This document shows positions 9,044 through 18,633 of a DNA stretch of 64,000 bases, piece by piece; the first letter of the stretch is position 1, and the number at the start of each line of letters is the position of its first letter. The position numbers were made by a program, and so were the translations under genes. Source of the DNA: Coleofasciculus sp. B1-GNL1-01 (GTDB lineage: Bacteria; Cyanobacteriota; Cyanobacteriia; Cyanobacteriales; Coleofasciculaceae); assembly GCA_040220235.1 (NCBI GenBank), contig JAVJTO010000135.1; one strand, written 5' to 3'. The notes below the pieces were generated by a model. That model was not told the origin of the DNA and searched no databases. It worked only from the letters and a program-made list of their open reading frames with translations.

Positions 9044-10723
9044 TCATAATATATTTTCTTTTCTGACACCTTGCACTGGGGAATTCCATTCAGTTTCGGA
9101 TAATTCACAGGAGTCAAAGTGTATTGCACAACAATTTTTTGTTATTTTTTGAAATATTTTTTTGTGTCTACTTTTGTTGAGTAGACTGAGAGCAAGAATA
9201 TCTCCTCCTTTTCCTGATCCAGTTATTTTAAATCCTAGGTAAGATGTTAGCTGATATTCGCGTAGTTGTTCTTCCATAGATAAAAATTTAAGCTGGTTAA
9301 TCAAAGATTCTATCGTCGGGTGAGAAAGACCCATTCCACAAAGTAAAGCTTGATAGGAATTCATAAAGCTAGGAACAGAAGACCAGTCAGAGAGAATTGA
9401 GTTGAATGTCGAAATACTGATGTTACCAAGTGATTCTGACAACATCTCAAAATAAGCGCGGGACATTTGCTCAGATTTATCACCATCAAATTGAGTATTT
9501 AAGTAAACTTTTTCTATAATTTCATATCTGTGTATCGCTAGAGATCTTTGAACTTCCCCTACCTTAAAGGTTTTGTCAAATATATTACACACATGAGCCA
9601 CTCTTTCTGTTGATTCTTTAACATAAGAACGTACCTCTCTTGTCAAAACAGCTTCTGTTCGACTTGGAACACCAGAATAAAGAATAGTGACATTATAAGG
9701 AGGAGGTTCAGGATAGTCAGGTAAACCTTCTAGACATTCCCCTGGGTCAAAAACAAACCTTTTAATTTTGGATAGGAGCCGAAAACCTTGTTCTGATTGA
9801 CTGATACTTACTGAACTCCATCCATCCAAATGTTTATGGGATAAGTATGATCGCTTAGAAATGCTATAAAGTATAGGATGTCTGCCTAGCCTTCCATTAA
9901 ATGAAACTGCTGCACCTGCACCACTTGAGCAGCCTCCATGGAAACAGTTTTCTATAGCCCAAGCTAATAGCATTGCTACTTCTTGATTTTCTTGATCTAG
10001 TAATTCAAAATAAACCTTGAATTTTTCTATATCCATGAATTCATAAAACAAAGCTTTTGCTATGCAAGCTGAAAAAGCACCACTTGAGTTTAAACCAACA
10101 GCCACAGGAAAACTACTAAGAACATTAACTCTAAACCCTATACCATCAAATTCACTTTTCAAGAAAGGTTTGATGATTGATAAAAATAGAGACGTTAACG
10201 CTTGCTTGTGATATTCAATTGAGCAACTACCGTAAGCTTGTATTAATTCTGTATTCAGAATGTTCATCTCCTCTTTTGGGTCAGGGCATTTAAAGTCATC
10301 AATAAAGATTCCTTCTATTTGATGACTTGGCTCTAATTTAATGTAGAGCCTTAGTGGCAACGGTAAATAGACAGCAGGGTGTCCGAATACAACTGAGTGT
10401 TCACCACTTATAAAAGCACAGGCAGGAGAACTGTATAATAAATCAGCATTGGCAGCCCAAGTGACTAAAAATTCATCAAACCGAGATCTTCGTTTAAAAG
10501 TATATATCTTAGGGTTGGTAAAAACTTCTGATAGTTCATCTACTGTGACTTGAAGACATCGAGCTATTTTTTTTAAGTTTTCCAGACCGGTTGAATGCAA
10601 TTTACCGCTGGCAAGCCTGCTTATTGTTGATAAATCAACTCCTGATTCATTTGCAAGCTTATTGCGACTATATCCTTTTTGCTCAAACAATTCTCGAAAT
10701 GCCCTTCCTGATTCTTTAGTCAT
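9044..10723 (-). CDS. XRE-HTH / GHMP (mevalonate-kinase-like) fold fusion protein
   Basis: N-terminal HTH (SRNKLANESGVDLSTISRLASG); GHMP motifs SGEHSVVFGHPA, PVAVGLNSSGA, ENCFHGGCSSG and FKITGSGKGGD. Confidence 0.85.
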   Translation of the reverse strand: MTKESGRAFRELFEQKGYSRNKLANESGVDLSTISRLASGKLHSTGLENLKKIARCLQVTVDELSEVFTNPKIYTFKRRSRFDEFLVTWAANADLLYSSPACAFISGEHSVVFGHPAVYLPLPLRLYIKLEPSHQIEGIFIDDFKCPDPKEEMNILNTELIQAYGSCSIEYHKQALTSLFLSIIKPFLKSEFDGIGFRVNVLSSFPVAVGLNSSGAFSACIAKALFYEFMDIEKFKVYFELLDQENQEVAMLLAWAIENCFHGGCSSGAGAAVSFNGRLGRHPILYSISKRSYLSHKHLDGWSSVSISQSEQGFRLLSKIKRFVFDPGECLEGLPDYPEPPPYNVTILYSGVPSRTEAVLTREVRSYVKESTERVAHVCNIFDKTFKVGEVQRSLAIHRYEIIEKVYLNTQFDGDKSEQMSRAYFEMLSESLGNISISTFNSILSDWSSVPSFMNSYQALLCGMGLSHPTIESLINQLKFLSMEEQLREYQLTSYLGFKITGSGKGGDILALSLLNKSRHKKIFQKITKNCCAIHFDSCELSETEWNSPVQGVRKENIL

Positions 10724-10749
10724 TCTAAAACTCCTGTATTGTTACCATG

Positions 10750-10785
10750 TTGTAAATTTGCATAAAAGGGGTTGCAAATTTGCAA
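10750..10785. promoter_or_regulatory. Candidate double operator between divergent genes
   Basis: Perfect palindrome TTGCAAATTTGCAA (10772-10785) and imperfect copy TTGTAAATTTGCAT (10750-10763), 22 bp apart. Confidence 0.55.
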
Positions 10786-10889
10786 TCTTTTCATTGCTTA
10801 GGGAAACCAGCTATAAATGTGGTGTAAGCTTAAAACGCTTTTAACTTTCAATACCACATTCAACATATACCTACAGTGAGGTAAGTAAA

Positions 10890-11075
10890 ATGAGTAATGC
10901 ATATAACGAAGGCTATAACCGTGGGCTCAAAGGTGAAGGATCTTCCGGAGACTTGCTTACCAGTATTGGTGATTGCGCCGCCGCAAATGGATCTTCCAAA
11001 AAACGTGAGGAAGGTTATAAGGCTGGTCGTCGCGATCGCGCCTTTATTGACGCTCAGAACAAAGGTAAAAAGTAG
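10890..11075 (+). CDS. Small 61-aa hypothetical protein
   Basis: GAGG RBS upstream, ATG start, repeated EGYxxG motif, followed by a strong terminator hairpin. Confidence 0.7.
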   Translation: MSNAYNEGYNRGLKGEGSSGDLLTSIGDCAAANGSSKKREEGYKAGRRDRAFIDAQNKGKK

Positions 11076-11109
11076 TGTCACACTTTCTTTGAGCCTTAAC
11101 TGACTCTTG

Positions 11110-11153
11110 ATGAGGGCAAGTTAGTTTTTAGGAAAGCCAACTTGCCCTCATCG
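11110..11153 (+). terminator. Hairpin terminator
   Basis: GATGAGGGCAAGTT...AACTTGCCCTCATC, a 14-bp stem. Confidence 0.75.
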
Positions 11154-11421
11154 TTTACGTGTTAACTACATAGACTTTTAAATGTAGCTATCTTGGATTG
11201 TCTATGAATAGCTGTTACTAGCGTAATTGGCTTGAAATACTTCCCTAGATCTTCTCAAATTATTTTCCGTTTGCCAACCCTCATAAGTAAAGTTTAGGGG
11301 GTTTTTAAATTAAACTAAAAAATAAAAATGTGACAAAAGGTAATATTTTGTAGCTAAAAAGGTAAAAAATGTGGCAAAATGGGGGCTAAGATAGACAAAA
11401 CAACAACCTTATTGATCAGCT

Positions 11422-12792
11422 ATGGGGATTCAGGAAGCGTTGCAGTAGACCGATCGCCTGCTTTTAACGACTACGGGAAAACACTTAGATACACTGCAAC
11501 GCGCTATCTTAGAGGGAGCATGGCAAGGTAAAGGATATAAGGAAATCGCTGAAGAATACCACTGTACGAACGATCATGTCAGGAAATCAGCGTCCGACTT
11601 ATGGAAACTGCTGTCAGAATTGCTGGAAGAAGACGTAAAAAAGAAGAATGTGCGATCGCTCATCGAAAACCGAATATTCTCTTATTACGAAGAGTCAGTA
11701 CATATTGGCAATAACATAAATAATGTCTGTAGCGATTTATACAACGAGCCAAAAAACTCAACCAACCGATCGCCCACTAGCAACGAGTCAGACACCTTAC
11801 CCCGCCACGATCTCAGCCAAGCCCCCGAATACGATCGCCTCTACAACCGTCACGACGAACTCACCACCCTAAAACACTGGATACTCAGCGAACACAGCCG
11901 CATCATCACCCTCACCGGATTATCAGGAATTGGCAAAACCGCCCTCGCCAGACAACTCGTCGAACAGATAAAAGACCACTTTACTCACATCCTCTGGTGC
12001 AACCATCGCAAATTCCCCAACCTAGAAACCCTGAAAAACCACATCCGCCAGTTTCTCGCCGCAACCTCCACCCCGAACGCATCACTCCTAGACCATCTGA
12101 GACATCACCGTTGCTTGCTCATCCTAGACAACCTGCAAGAGGCTCTAACCCCCGGTGAATTTGTCGGAACCTACCGTCGAGACTATCAAGGCTATGGTCA
12201 ACTCATTCATGAACTCGGGACATTCTCTCACCAAAGTTGTATTCTGCTGCTGAGTTGGGAACACCCCCTCGAAATCGCTGCCTTAGAAAGCGAAACCCGC
12301 CACTGTAAAACCCTTCCCGTTCAGGGGTCTCCTCAACTCGCCACCCAAATCCTCCGCGATCGCCAACTCAAAGACCCGAATACCTGGCCAGAACTCACTC
12401 AGCTTTATAACAACAATCCCTTGTGGCTAAACCTTACCGCTTCAACAATTCTCGATTTATTCAACGGTAGCGTTCAGCAATTCCTCTCCTATCCCACTCT
12501 CTTTTTAGGAGACTTAGAAGCCGTCCTCAAGCTCCATTACCAACGCCTTGGGAACGCCGAAAAAACCCTGTTGCACTGGTTAGCCAACCAAGACTCCCCC
12601 GTCAACCTCAACCAAAAACCCCCCAATCTACTCTCAGATCGAGAGTTTCTCAAAGCCATCCAATCTCTCAAACGACGCAGTTTATTAGAATCCTCATCCA
12701 ATTTAAGCCTACAGCCCGTCATTCGACAATACATCCGCAGTAACTATTCAGGTGGGGAAAGCTTGACAAACGAGCCAAGAGCCGTAGCGTAG
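11422..12792 (+). pseudogene. HTH + NB-ARC (STAND) ATPase with premature stop at codon 9
   Basis: ATG 11422 MGIQEALQ*(TAG 11446-11448)TDRLL...AILEGAWQGKGYKEIAEE... continues in frame into ORF 11620; Walker A GLSGIGKT, Walker B LLILDN. Confidence 0.75.
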
Positions 12793-12981
12793 AATTATGG
12801 ACTTTAAGCCAAGCCGCTTCAATTCCATTAACAATAGTTTCAGAGTTAGGAAATCCTGATTCAACGGTTTCCGAGTAAACCGCTTGGCGAATGACTATCT
12901 CAGTAAACAGGGATTTTAATCTAAGTGGTTAATACTTGCAAAGTTAATCAAAGGCGTAGCATTACAAATGACTTTAACCAT
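12793..12981 (-). pseudogene. Frameshifted, truncated DUF3368 (PIN) toxin remnant
   Basis: MVKVICNATPLINFASINHLD* then, in other frames, LKSLFTEIVIP and QAVYSETVESG...AWLKV; overlaps the stop of the UPF0175 gene. Confidence 0.7.
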
Positions 12982-13222
12982 CCCACAATCCTGATTGAAT
13001 CGCTTCGATATCCTCTGCTAAATCATCTTTGTCGTATTGCCGAACAATATGATTTTCTCCCAACAGTTTTTGAAATTCCCACACGGAATAATTCAACAAT
13101 CGACGGGCTTGACTAAAGGTAAATATCTGGTTTTCATAAAGTTGCATGGCAATTTGTTCCAAAACTGCCGTCTCACCTTGCTCAATTAATTCGATGGGAA
13201 TTTGTATATTAATTGCTTGCAT
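12974..13222 (-). CDS. UPF0175 family antitoxin
   Basis: IAMQLYENQIFTFSQARRLL...EFQKLLGE...YDKDDLAEDI. Confidence 0.85.
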   Translation of the reverse strand: MQAINIQIPIELIEQGETAVLEQIAMQLYENQIFTFSQARRLLNYSVWEFQKLLGENHIVRQYDKDDLAEDIEAIQSGLWDG

Positions 13223-13555
13223 CTACCATCACCTCATCATTTCAAAAGACATCCATTAATCACTCTCGCGATCTCCACCGGATAAGCTGTTCGGCATTTA
13301 AACCATAATGTCAAGAATTGCGAGATCCTTGTAGTGCGAGCATCTTGCTCGCTACTATAGCGCTTCGCGCTGGTCTAGTTACATCGAAATGAGTTATGAA
13401 GACTCAGAGTAATGGATTTGGCGGTATAATAATACAGAAACACAAGAATTGTTAGACCTATTAATTTTGTCGGAGTGAATTTTTCATTCCTTCCTAATGC
13501 TCTCAGTCAGGATCTGCGGAATGTAAGTTATAAGGCGATCGCCGTAAAATCAATT

Positions 13556-14047
13556 TTAATCAGGCTCTTGGGCAAGAGCTAAGATACGCTGATAAAGCTG
13601 GGGGCTGACGCGAAAACCAGCCTCGTTGATCAGGGCATCCATAACAGGTTGAACCTGGGGGATGAGGCTTCTTTGTTTGGCAACCAGCAGAATGCCCAGA
13701 ATACCAATGATAGACAGCCCTAACCGCAGAGCTTCTTGCCGTCCCAAGCGTTCATCAATCAGTAGATCATCCGCTTGTAGCTCCAGTGCCAAGGCGATCG
13801 CATTCGCTTCTCCAGCATCCAATCCTCGTTCTTGTTGCAGTTGGTTGGCAAGTTGGGAGTGGGTGAGGGATTGGGTTTGAATCCAGCCGACTTGGAGAAT
13901 GGCTGGAATGATGGGATTGCTGGCGGCGGCTAGTTCCCTAGCCACAATGTCAGGAATAATCACCCTTTGATAAATCGCTTCTAGCAACCAAAGATGATTA
14001 ACAATGGCAAGATTGGAAACAGCAGAGGTATCGCTGACAACAATCAT
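13556..14047 (-). CDS. DUF3368 PIN-domain (VapC-like) toxin
   Basis: MIVVSDTS...LDAGEANAIALA...LLIDERLGR. Confidence 0.9.
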   Translation of the reverse strand: MIVVSDTSAVSNLAIVNHLWLLEAIYQRVIIPDIVARELAAASNPIIPAILQVGWIQTQSLTHSQLANQLQQERGLDAGEANAIALALELQADDLLIDERLGRQEALRLGLSIIGILGILLVAKQRSLIPQVQPVMDALINEAGFRVSPQLYQRILALAQEPD

Positions 14048-14319
14048 AGCCAGCCGCGATCGCGCAGGTGCTGAACATCCTGTTCAAAATCTGCTACATC
14101 GTAGTGAACACAGATGCCACGCTCTGCCAGCAGCTTTTGAAAGTCCATAATATCCATCGCCGCAATTGTGCTGGCACGGCTGAGAGAAACCCGCTCTTGC
14201 TCAAATAGGGCGACAGCAATTTCCCTAAGCCAGTCCTTCTGATTAAAGGTTTCAGTTTGGCTAAGGCTATCCGGTAGATTCAGAGTAATTTGCATCGGCT
14301 CACTCTCCCACGCTGACAT
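14044..14319 (-). CDS. UPF0175 family antitoxin
   Basis: EIAVALFEQERVSLSRAS...YDVADFEQDV; 4-nt overlap with the toxin gene. Confidence 0.9.
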   Translation of the reverse strand: MSAWESEPMQITLNLPDSLSQTETFNQKDWLREIAVALFEQERVSLSRASTIAAMDIMDFQKLLAERGICVHYDVADFEQDVQHLRDRGWL

Positions 14320-14525
14320 TGATTTTCTGGGTCAATTTCAGGATTAGCCAGAGTTTCCCGGCTCGCGCTCCTGACTCAATTATAATCCCGCCGCCGTAAA
14401 CGCTGACCAATACTACAGTCACAAAATGATTCACCTGTTATAAAGACTCAGAGTAATGGATTTGGCGGTACAATATAATTTTTGCTACAGTCCTTTTCAA
14501 GAGGGTGTAGTACGGAATATTCATT

Positions 14526-14882
14526 ATGAATGATTCAAATTTATCAACAGTAGCTCATCAAATCCCTATTCCTCATGGTATAACCATTTCCGGTGAATTT
14601 CTAAAAAAACTATGTCAACACTGGCAAATCGTAGAGCTTTCTCTCTTTGGCTCAATCTTGAGAGAAGACTTTAATGTCGATAGCGACATTGATGTATTAG
14701 TGAAATTTTCAGAACAAGCCAGAATTACATTTTTCGATCTCGATCTTATTGAGCAACAACTGAGCCAACTGTTTCACCGCCCCGTTGATGTCGTCACCAA
14801 ATCAGCAATTCAACAAAGCCATAACCCTATACGTCGCCAGAATATTTTAGACAACTCTAAAGTGATTTATGAACAGAGATAA
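14526..14882 (+). CDS. Minimal nucleotidyltransferase antitoxin (MNT/MntA-like)
   Basis: LFGSILREDFNVDSDIDVLV. Confidence 0.9.
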   Translation: MNDSNLSTVAHQIPIPHGITISGEFLKKLCQHWQIVELSLFGSILREDFNVDSDIDVLVKFSEQARITFFDLDLIEQQLSQLFHRPVDVVTKSAIQQSHNPIRRQNILDNSKVIYEQR

Positions 14883-15210
14883 AGAGGTTTTACTGGATTT
14901 GATTAGAGCCAGTCGCTTAATTGTGGAATTCTGCGAAACCTTGGACTATCAAACCTTTGCCGAAGACTTAAAAACTCAATCCTCTGTCCTCTATCAAATC
15001 GTCATAATTGGCGAGGCTGTGAACCGCCTATCGCCAGCATTCACCCAGGCTCATCCAAAAATTCCTATTAACGCAATTCGAGGAATGCGTAACCGAGTTG
15101 TGCATGAGTACAAAGAAGTTGATATTAAAATTCTGTGGGAAGTCATTCAAATCAACATTCCCCAACTCCTCCAGCAAATTCAAACCAGCCTCGCAGAAAT
15201 GAAAGAGTAG
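14869..15210 (+). CDS. HEPN/DUF86 (HepT-like) RNase toxin
   Basis: IIGEAV...GMRNRVVHEY contains the RX4H motif. Confidence 0.9.
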   Translation: MNRDKEVLLDLIRASRLIVEFCETLDYQTFAEDLKTQSSVLYQIVIIGEAVNRLSPAFTQAHPKIPINAIRGMRNRVVHEYKEVDIKILWEVIQINIPQLLQQIQTSLAEMKE

Positions 15211-15373
15211 GCTATAAACCTTAATCGGGGCGGGTTTAGTCCCATCTGGGTACAACCGAAAAGATAGTAGTAAAACCCGCCCCTACACAATTACCATTTT
15301 CCAATCTCCCCCTAAAAATTTAGCTTCCTTCGTTACGCCATATATCGTAAAAACTAAGGGCATTACTTAGGAT

Positions 15374-16114
15374 TCAAGCCGTCATACCACCATCTACATT
15401 CAGCGTTGCCCCAGTAATGTTTCCCGCCTTGGAACTAGCCAGAAATGTAACCAATTCTGCCACCTCCTGGGGTGTACCATAGCGCCTGATCGCTGTCATG
15501 GCACTAATGGTGTTCACCACGGAAGGATCGGTGGGTTTCATATCCGTATCAATTGGACCCGGTTGAACCGTATTCACGGTAATCCCTTTAGCCCCTAAAT
15601 CCCTTGCCCAGCCCCGACTCATCGCCGCTACAGCGCCCTTACTCATGGTATAAAGCGACCTTCTGGGAAAGGGTATCATATCCCCATACATACTGCCAAT
15701 ATTAATAATTCGACCGCCCTCACCCATAACCTTTACCGCTTCACACACAGCCGCGAATACGGAACGGACATTGATTTGTATAATCCGGTCAAAATCTTCA
15801 AGTGTGGTTTCAGTTACCAATTTTGAATCAACAATCCCAGCATTATTAACCAGAATATCTAACCCACCCAATTGACGAATCATTTCCTTGACGGCGGCGG
15901 CGACATTTTCCGCCTGTATCGCATCAGCTTGCAACGCTATACTATTAACGCCATACTGCTTAATTTCCGTCACCACCTGCTTTGCCATCTCGACGGATGC
16001 ACGGTAAGTAATTGCCACATCAGCCCCCTCCGATGCCAATTGTTTCGCGATCGCAGCACCTATACCTCGGCTACCCCCTGTTACCAATGCTTTCTTTCCC
16101 TTAAGATCAGCCAT
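15374..16114 (-). CDS. Short-chain dehydrogenase/reductase
   Basis: TGGSRGIG, NNAG, YTMSK. Confidence 0.95.
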   Translation of the reverse strand: MADLKGKKALVTGGSRGIGAAIAKQLASEGADVAITYRASVEMAKQVVTEIKQYGVNSIALQADAIQAENVAAAVKEMIRQLGGLDILVNNAGIVDSKLVTETTLEDFDRIIQINVRSVFAAVCEAVKVMGEGGRIINIGSMYGDMIPFPRRSLYTMSKGAVAAMSRGWARDLGAKGITVNTVQPGPIDTDMKPTDPSVVNTISAMTAIRRYGTPQEVAELVTFLASSKAGNITGATLNVDGGMTA

Positions 16115-16469
16115 CTAAATTCTCTTTGTCTCCTTTAAATAGAACAGGCTTGGAATCGAAACGTTATCCTCCCAGAGAACCACCAAGTCTGCCAAGATGA
16201 GCGTGCGATCGCGCTGTGCATGGTGCTATTATGTGATCGCTCCCTTCGGAGTGATTGTGTCTAGCGTAGATGATCTACTGTTATGCGATCGCGTTTCTCC
16301 TACACAACAAGGATTTCTGCAAATTATTCAACAAGCGTCAGGTGAAGCCGATTATACCTATCGTTCTCTTGGCTACGCTTCCAGTTGTCAATTATTCAAC
16401 TAGAAATAGGACATAATGCATGAATGACTCACAGGGAACACCAGGCTAATTAACAAATCAATCGAGAAT

Positions 16470-16886
16470 ATGGCGGCAAAAGACCTTTTTCACCAAGCAG
16501 TCAGACGCGGGTTAGAGAAAGACGAGTGGATGATTACCGACGATCCACTGGAACTGGAATGGGAAGAGGTCAAGGTTAAAATTGATTTGGCAGCCGAGCG
16601 GTTGATTGCAGCACAGCGAGGTGGAGAAAAGATTGCTGTTGAAATTAAAAGCTTTATCGGAACTTCATTAATCAGTGATTTCCATACCGCTTTGGGTCAA
16701 TTCCTCAACTATAAAATTATGCTGGATGTTAAGGAACCTGACCGCTTGCTCTACCTGGCAGTTCCCCTAGAAACTTATGAAACCTTTTTTCAAAGTCAAT
16801 TTGCTCAAGTAGCCGTAGATCGCTATCAACTCAAACTCATTATTTACGAACCTGTAACTGAGGAGATTGTGCAATGGAGAAGCTAG
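16470..16886 (+). CDS. xisH: XisH family protein
   Basis: MAAKDLFHQAVRRGLEKDEW...KIAVEIKSF. Confidence 0.95.
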   Translation: MAAKDLFHQAVRRGLEKDEWMITDDPLELEWEEVKVKIDLAAERLIAAQRGGEKIAVEIKSFIGTSLISDFHTALGQFLNYKIMLDVKEPDRLLYLAVPLETYETFFQSQFAQVAVDRYQLKLIIYEPVTEEIVQWRS

Positions 16887-17209
16887 AACATTATCGCTCC
16901 TGTATTCAAACTATTTTAGAAAAACACAGCCAGTATAAATCCCGTGACCAAGATGTAGAAAGCCAGCTATTTTTTGATTCGGTGCGAGATCATTATCAAC
17001 TCATGCGAGTGGGTTGGAACGGCTTAAAGCGAGTCTATCACACTGTCATACATTTTGATATTAAAGACGGCAAGATTTGGCTACAGCAAAACACAACTGA
17101 CATCGATGTGGGTCAAGAATTGCAGGAAATGGACATCCCTAAAGAAGACATTATATTAGGGTTACATCCGCCCTACAAACGCCCTTATACTGGGTATGGC
17201 GTTGCTTAG
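16874..17209 (+). CDS. xisI: XisI family protein
   Basis: DHYQLMRVGW...HFDIKDGKIWLQ...IILGLHPPYKRPYTGYGVA. Confidence 0.95.
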   Translation: MEKLEHYRSCIQTILEKHSQYKSRDQDVESQLFFDSVRDHYQLMRVGWNGLKRVYHTVIHFDIKDGKIWLQQNTTDIDVGQELQEMDIPKEDIILGLHPPYKRPYTGYGVA

Positions 17210-17289
17210 GCTTGAACAGACCTCAGAGAAAGCCAAAGCGCAAAATCCCCCAGTCACCTAAGACAGGGGGAAATTTTTGCGAATTATTG

Positions 17290-17476
17290 CAGGTTCACCG
17301 GAACGCCGTCTTGCCTCAGCTTATGACCTGGAAAACCAGGTGGGCATCGTGGACACTCGTTTTAAGTTTCCGGGTTCATGCCCGGTCTACTGCCACAAGG
17401 TCTCTCGATTCCCTTTTACATACAAACAAAGATCAAAAAACACTATTGGCAGTCACCAACGTTCCAGTGGAACCTG
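17290..17476 (-). ncRNA. ssrS: 6S RNA
   Basis: About 187 nt. The 5' AGGTTCCACTGGAACGTTG pairs with the 3' CGGCGTTCCGGTGAACCT; internal CTTAAAACGAG...CACCTGGTTTTCCAGGT motif; same strand as and downstream of purK, as is usual in cyanobacteria. Confidence 0.88.
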
Positions 17477-17632
17477 TACCCCTATTTTAACGATTTATTT
17501 CCAGATGTCTACTGTCCCGTATCGCCGCCTTCTACAGGGCGCATGGCGTGCGCCATGAAACAGTCTGCTGTTCATGTCTAATCATGGGCTGTCGCTCTAA
17601 GCTAAACTGATGAGTGTCATCGATCGCAAATT

Positions 17633-18562
17633 ATGTATGATGTTCGGGGTTATGGTCAGATGGTGTACAGCGAACCCCATTCCTATCTTGTAAAACTGGG
17701 GTTATTCCACTGGAACAGTTGGCGCGAGAAGCATCCTGATGTTACTCCCATGCTGGAGGGTGCTAACCTAAATTTATTGGATTTGAGTGGGTTTAACCTG
17801 AGAGGGGCGAACATTCAAGGGGCGAACCTCTTTGGCACGGATTTGCTTGAAGCCGACTTGACCGATGCCAATTTGAGAAAAGCTGATTTTACAGGCGCAG
17901 ATTTTAGAAATGCGCTTTTAAGCGGCGCTGATTTATCTGAAGCCCGATTGATTAGAACTCAAGCGTTAGGTACAAACTTTGAGAGAGCCATATTTACAGG
18001 CGTTTGCTTAGAAGATTGGAATATTGATAGTACAACCAACTTAACTGGAGTGATCTGCGACTATGTTTATCTTAAATCCAGATATTCTCCTAAAAGTAAA
18101 CGATATGTACTGCAAGAACGCCGTCCTCATAGTGGTACATTTGAGCCGGGTGAGTTTACAAAGCTTTTCCAAAAAACGCTGGAAACCGTTGAGTTGATTT
18201 TCCGCAAGGGGATTGATTGGCAGGCTTTTTTGGTTGCTTTTCAAGAGTTGGAGAAGGAAAACGATAATTTTCCGGTTTCTATTCAAGCGATTGAAACGAA
18301 GCATCGAGGTACTGTCGTTATCCACCTCAACGTTCTTCCAGAGCAGGATAAGGCAAAAATTGAGCAATCGTTTAAGCAGCGCTATAAACAGGAACTTCAA
18401 CGCATTGAGGCAGATTATCTAGAAGCGTTAGGTGTTAGAGTTCAGTCAGAGGATTTAATCACCAAATATCGCCAACGAAATGCTGATTTTAAGGCGATGA
18501 TTCAGATTATGGCTCAAGCTCAAAGTGACTTTGTTTTAAAGGGGATTTCCCAATTAGAATGA
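17633..18562 (+). CDS. Pentapeptide repeat protein
   Basis: A(N/D)LxxA repeats followed by the FEPGEFTKLFQK...GIDWQAF domain. Confidence 0.9.
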   Translation: MYDVRGYGQMVYSEPHSYLVKLGLFHWNSWREKHPDVTPMLEGANLNLLDLSGFNLRGANIQGANLFGTDLLEADLTDANLRKADFTGADFRNALLSGADLSEARLIRTQALGTNFERAIFTGVCLEDWNIDSTTNLTGVICDYVYLKSRYSPKSKRYVLQERRPHSGTFEPGEFTKLFQKTLETVELIFRKGIDWQAFLVAFQELEKENDNFPVSIQAIETKHRGTVVIHLNVLPEQDKAKIEQSFKQRYKQELQRIEADYLEALGVRVQSEDLITKYRQRNADFKAMIQIMAQAQSDFVLKGISQLE

Positions 18563-18633
18563 TTTATTTTCGGTAAAGCCCGCCCCTAAACACTCACGCC
18601 CCATGCCCTCGAAGCTCGTGAATGGTCAAGACT

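Larger units (their letters stand above)
13393..14475. repeat. 39-bp direct repeats bracketing a TA cassette
   Basis: GTTAT(G/A)AAGACTCAGAGTAATGGATTTGGCGGTA(T/C)AATA at 13393-13431 and 14437-14475. Confidence 0.85.

Noticed and set aside
16470..17209. fdxN excision element
   Set aside because: No xisF recombinase or nif genes are nearby; stand-alone xisHI pairs are common.
17212..17581. Three overlapping plus-strand ORFs
   Set aside because: They are antisense to the 6S RNA and show no protein features.
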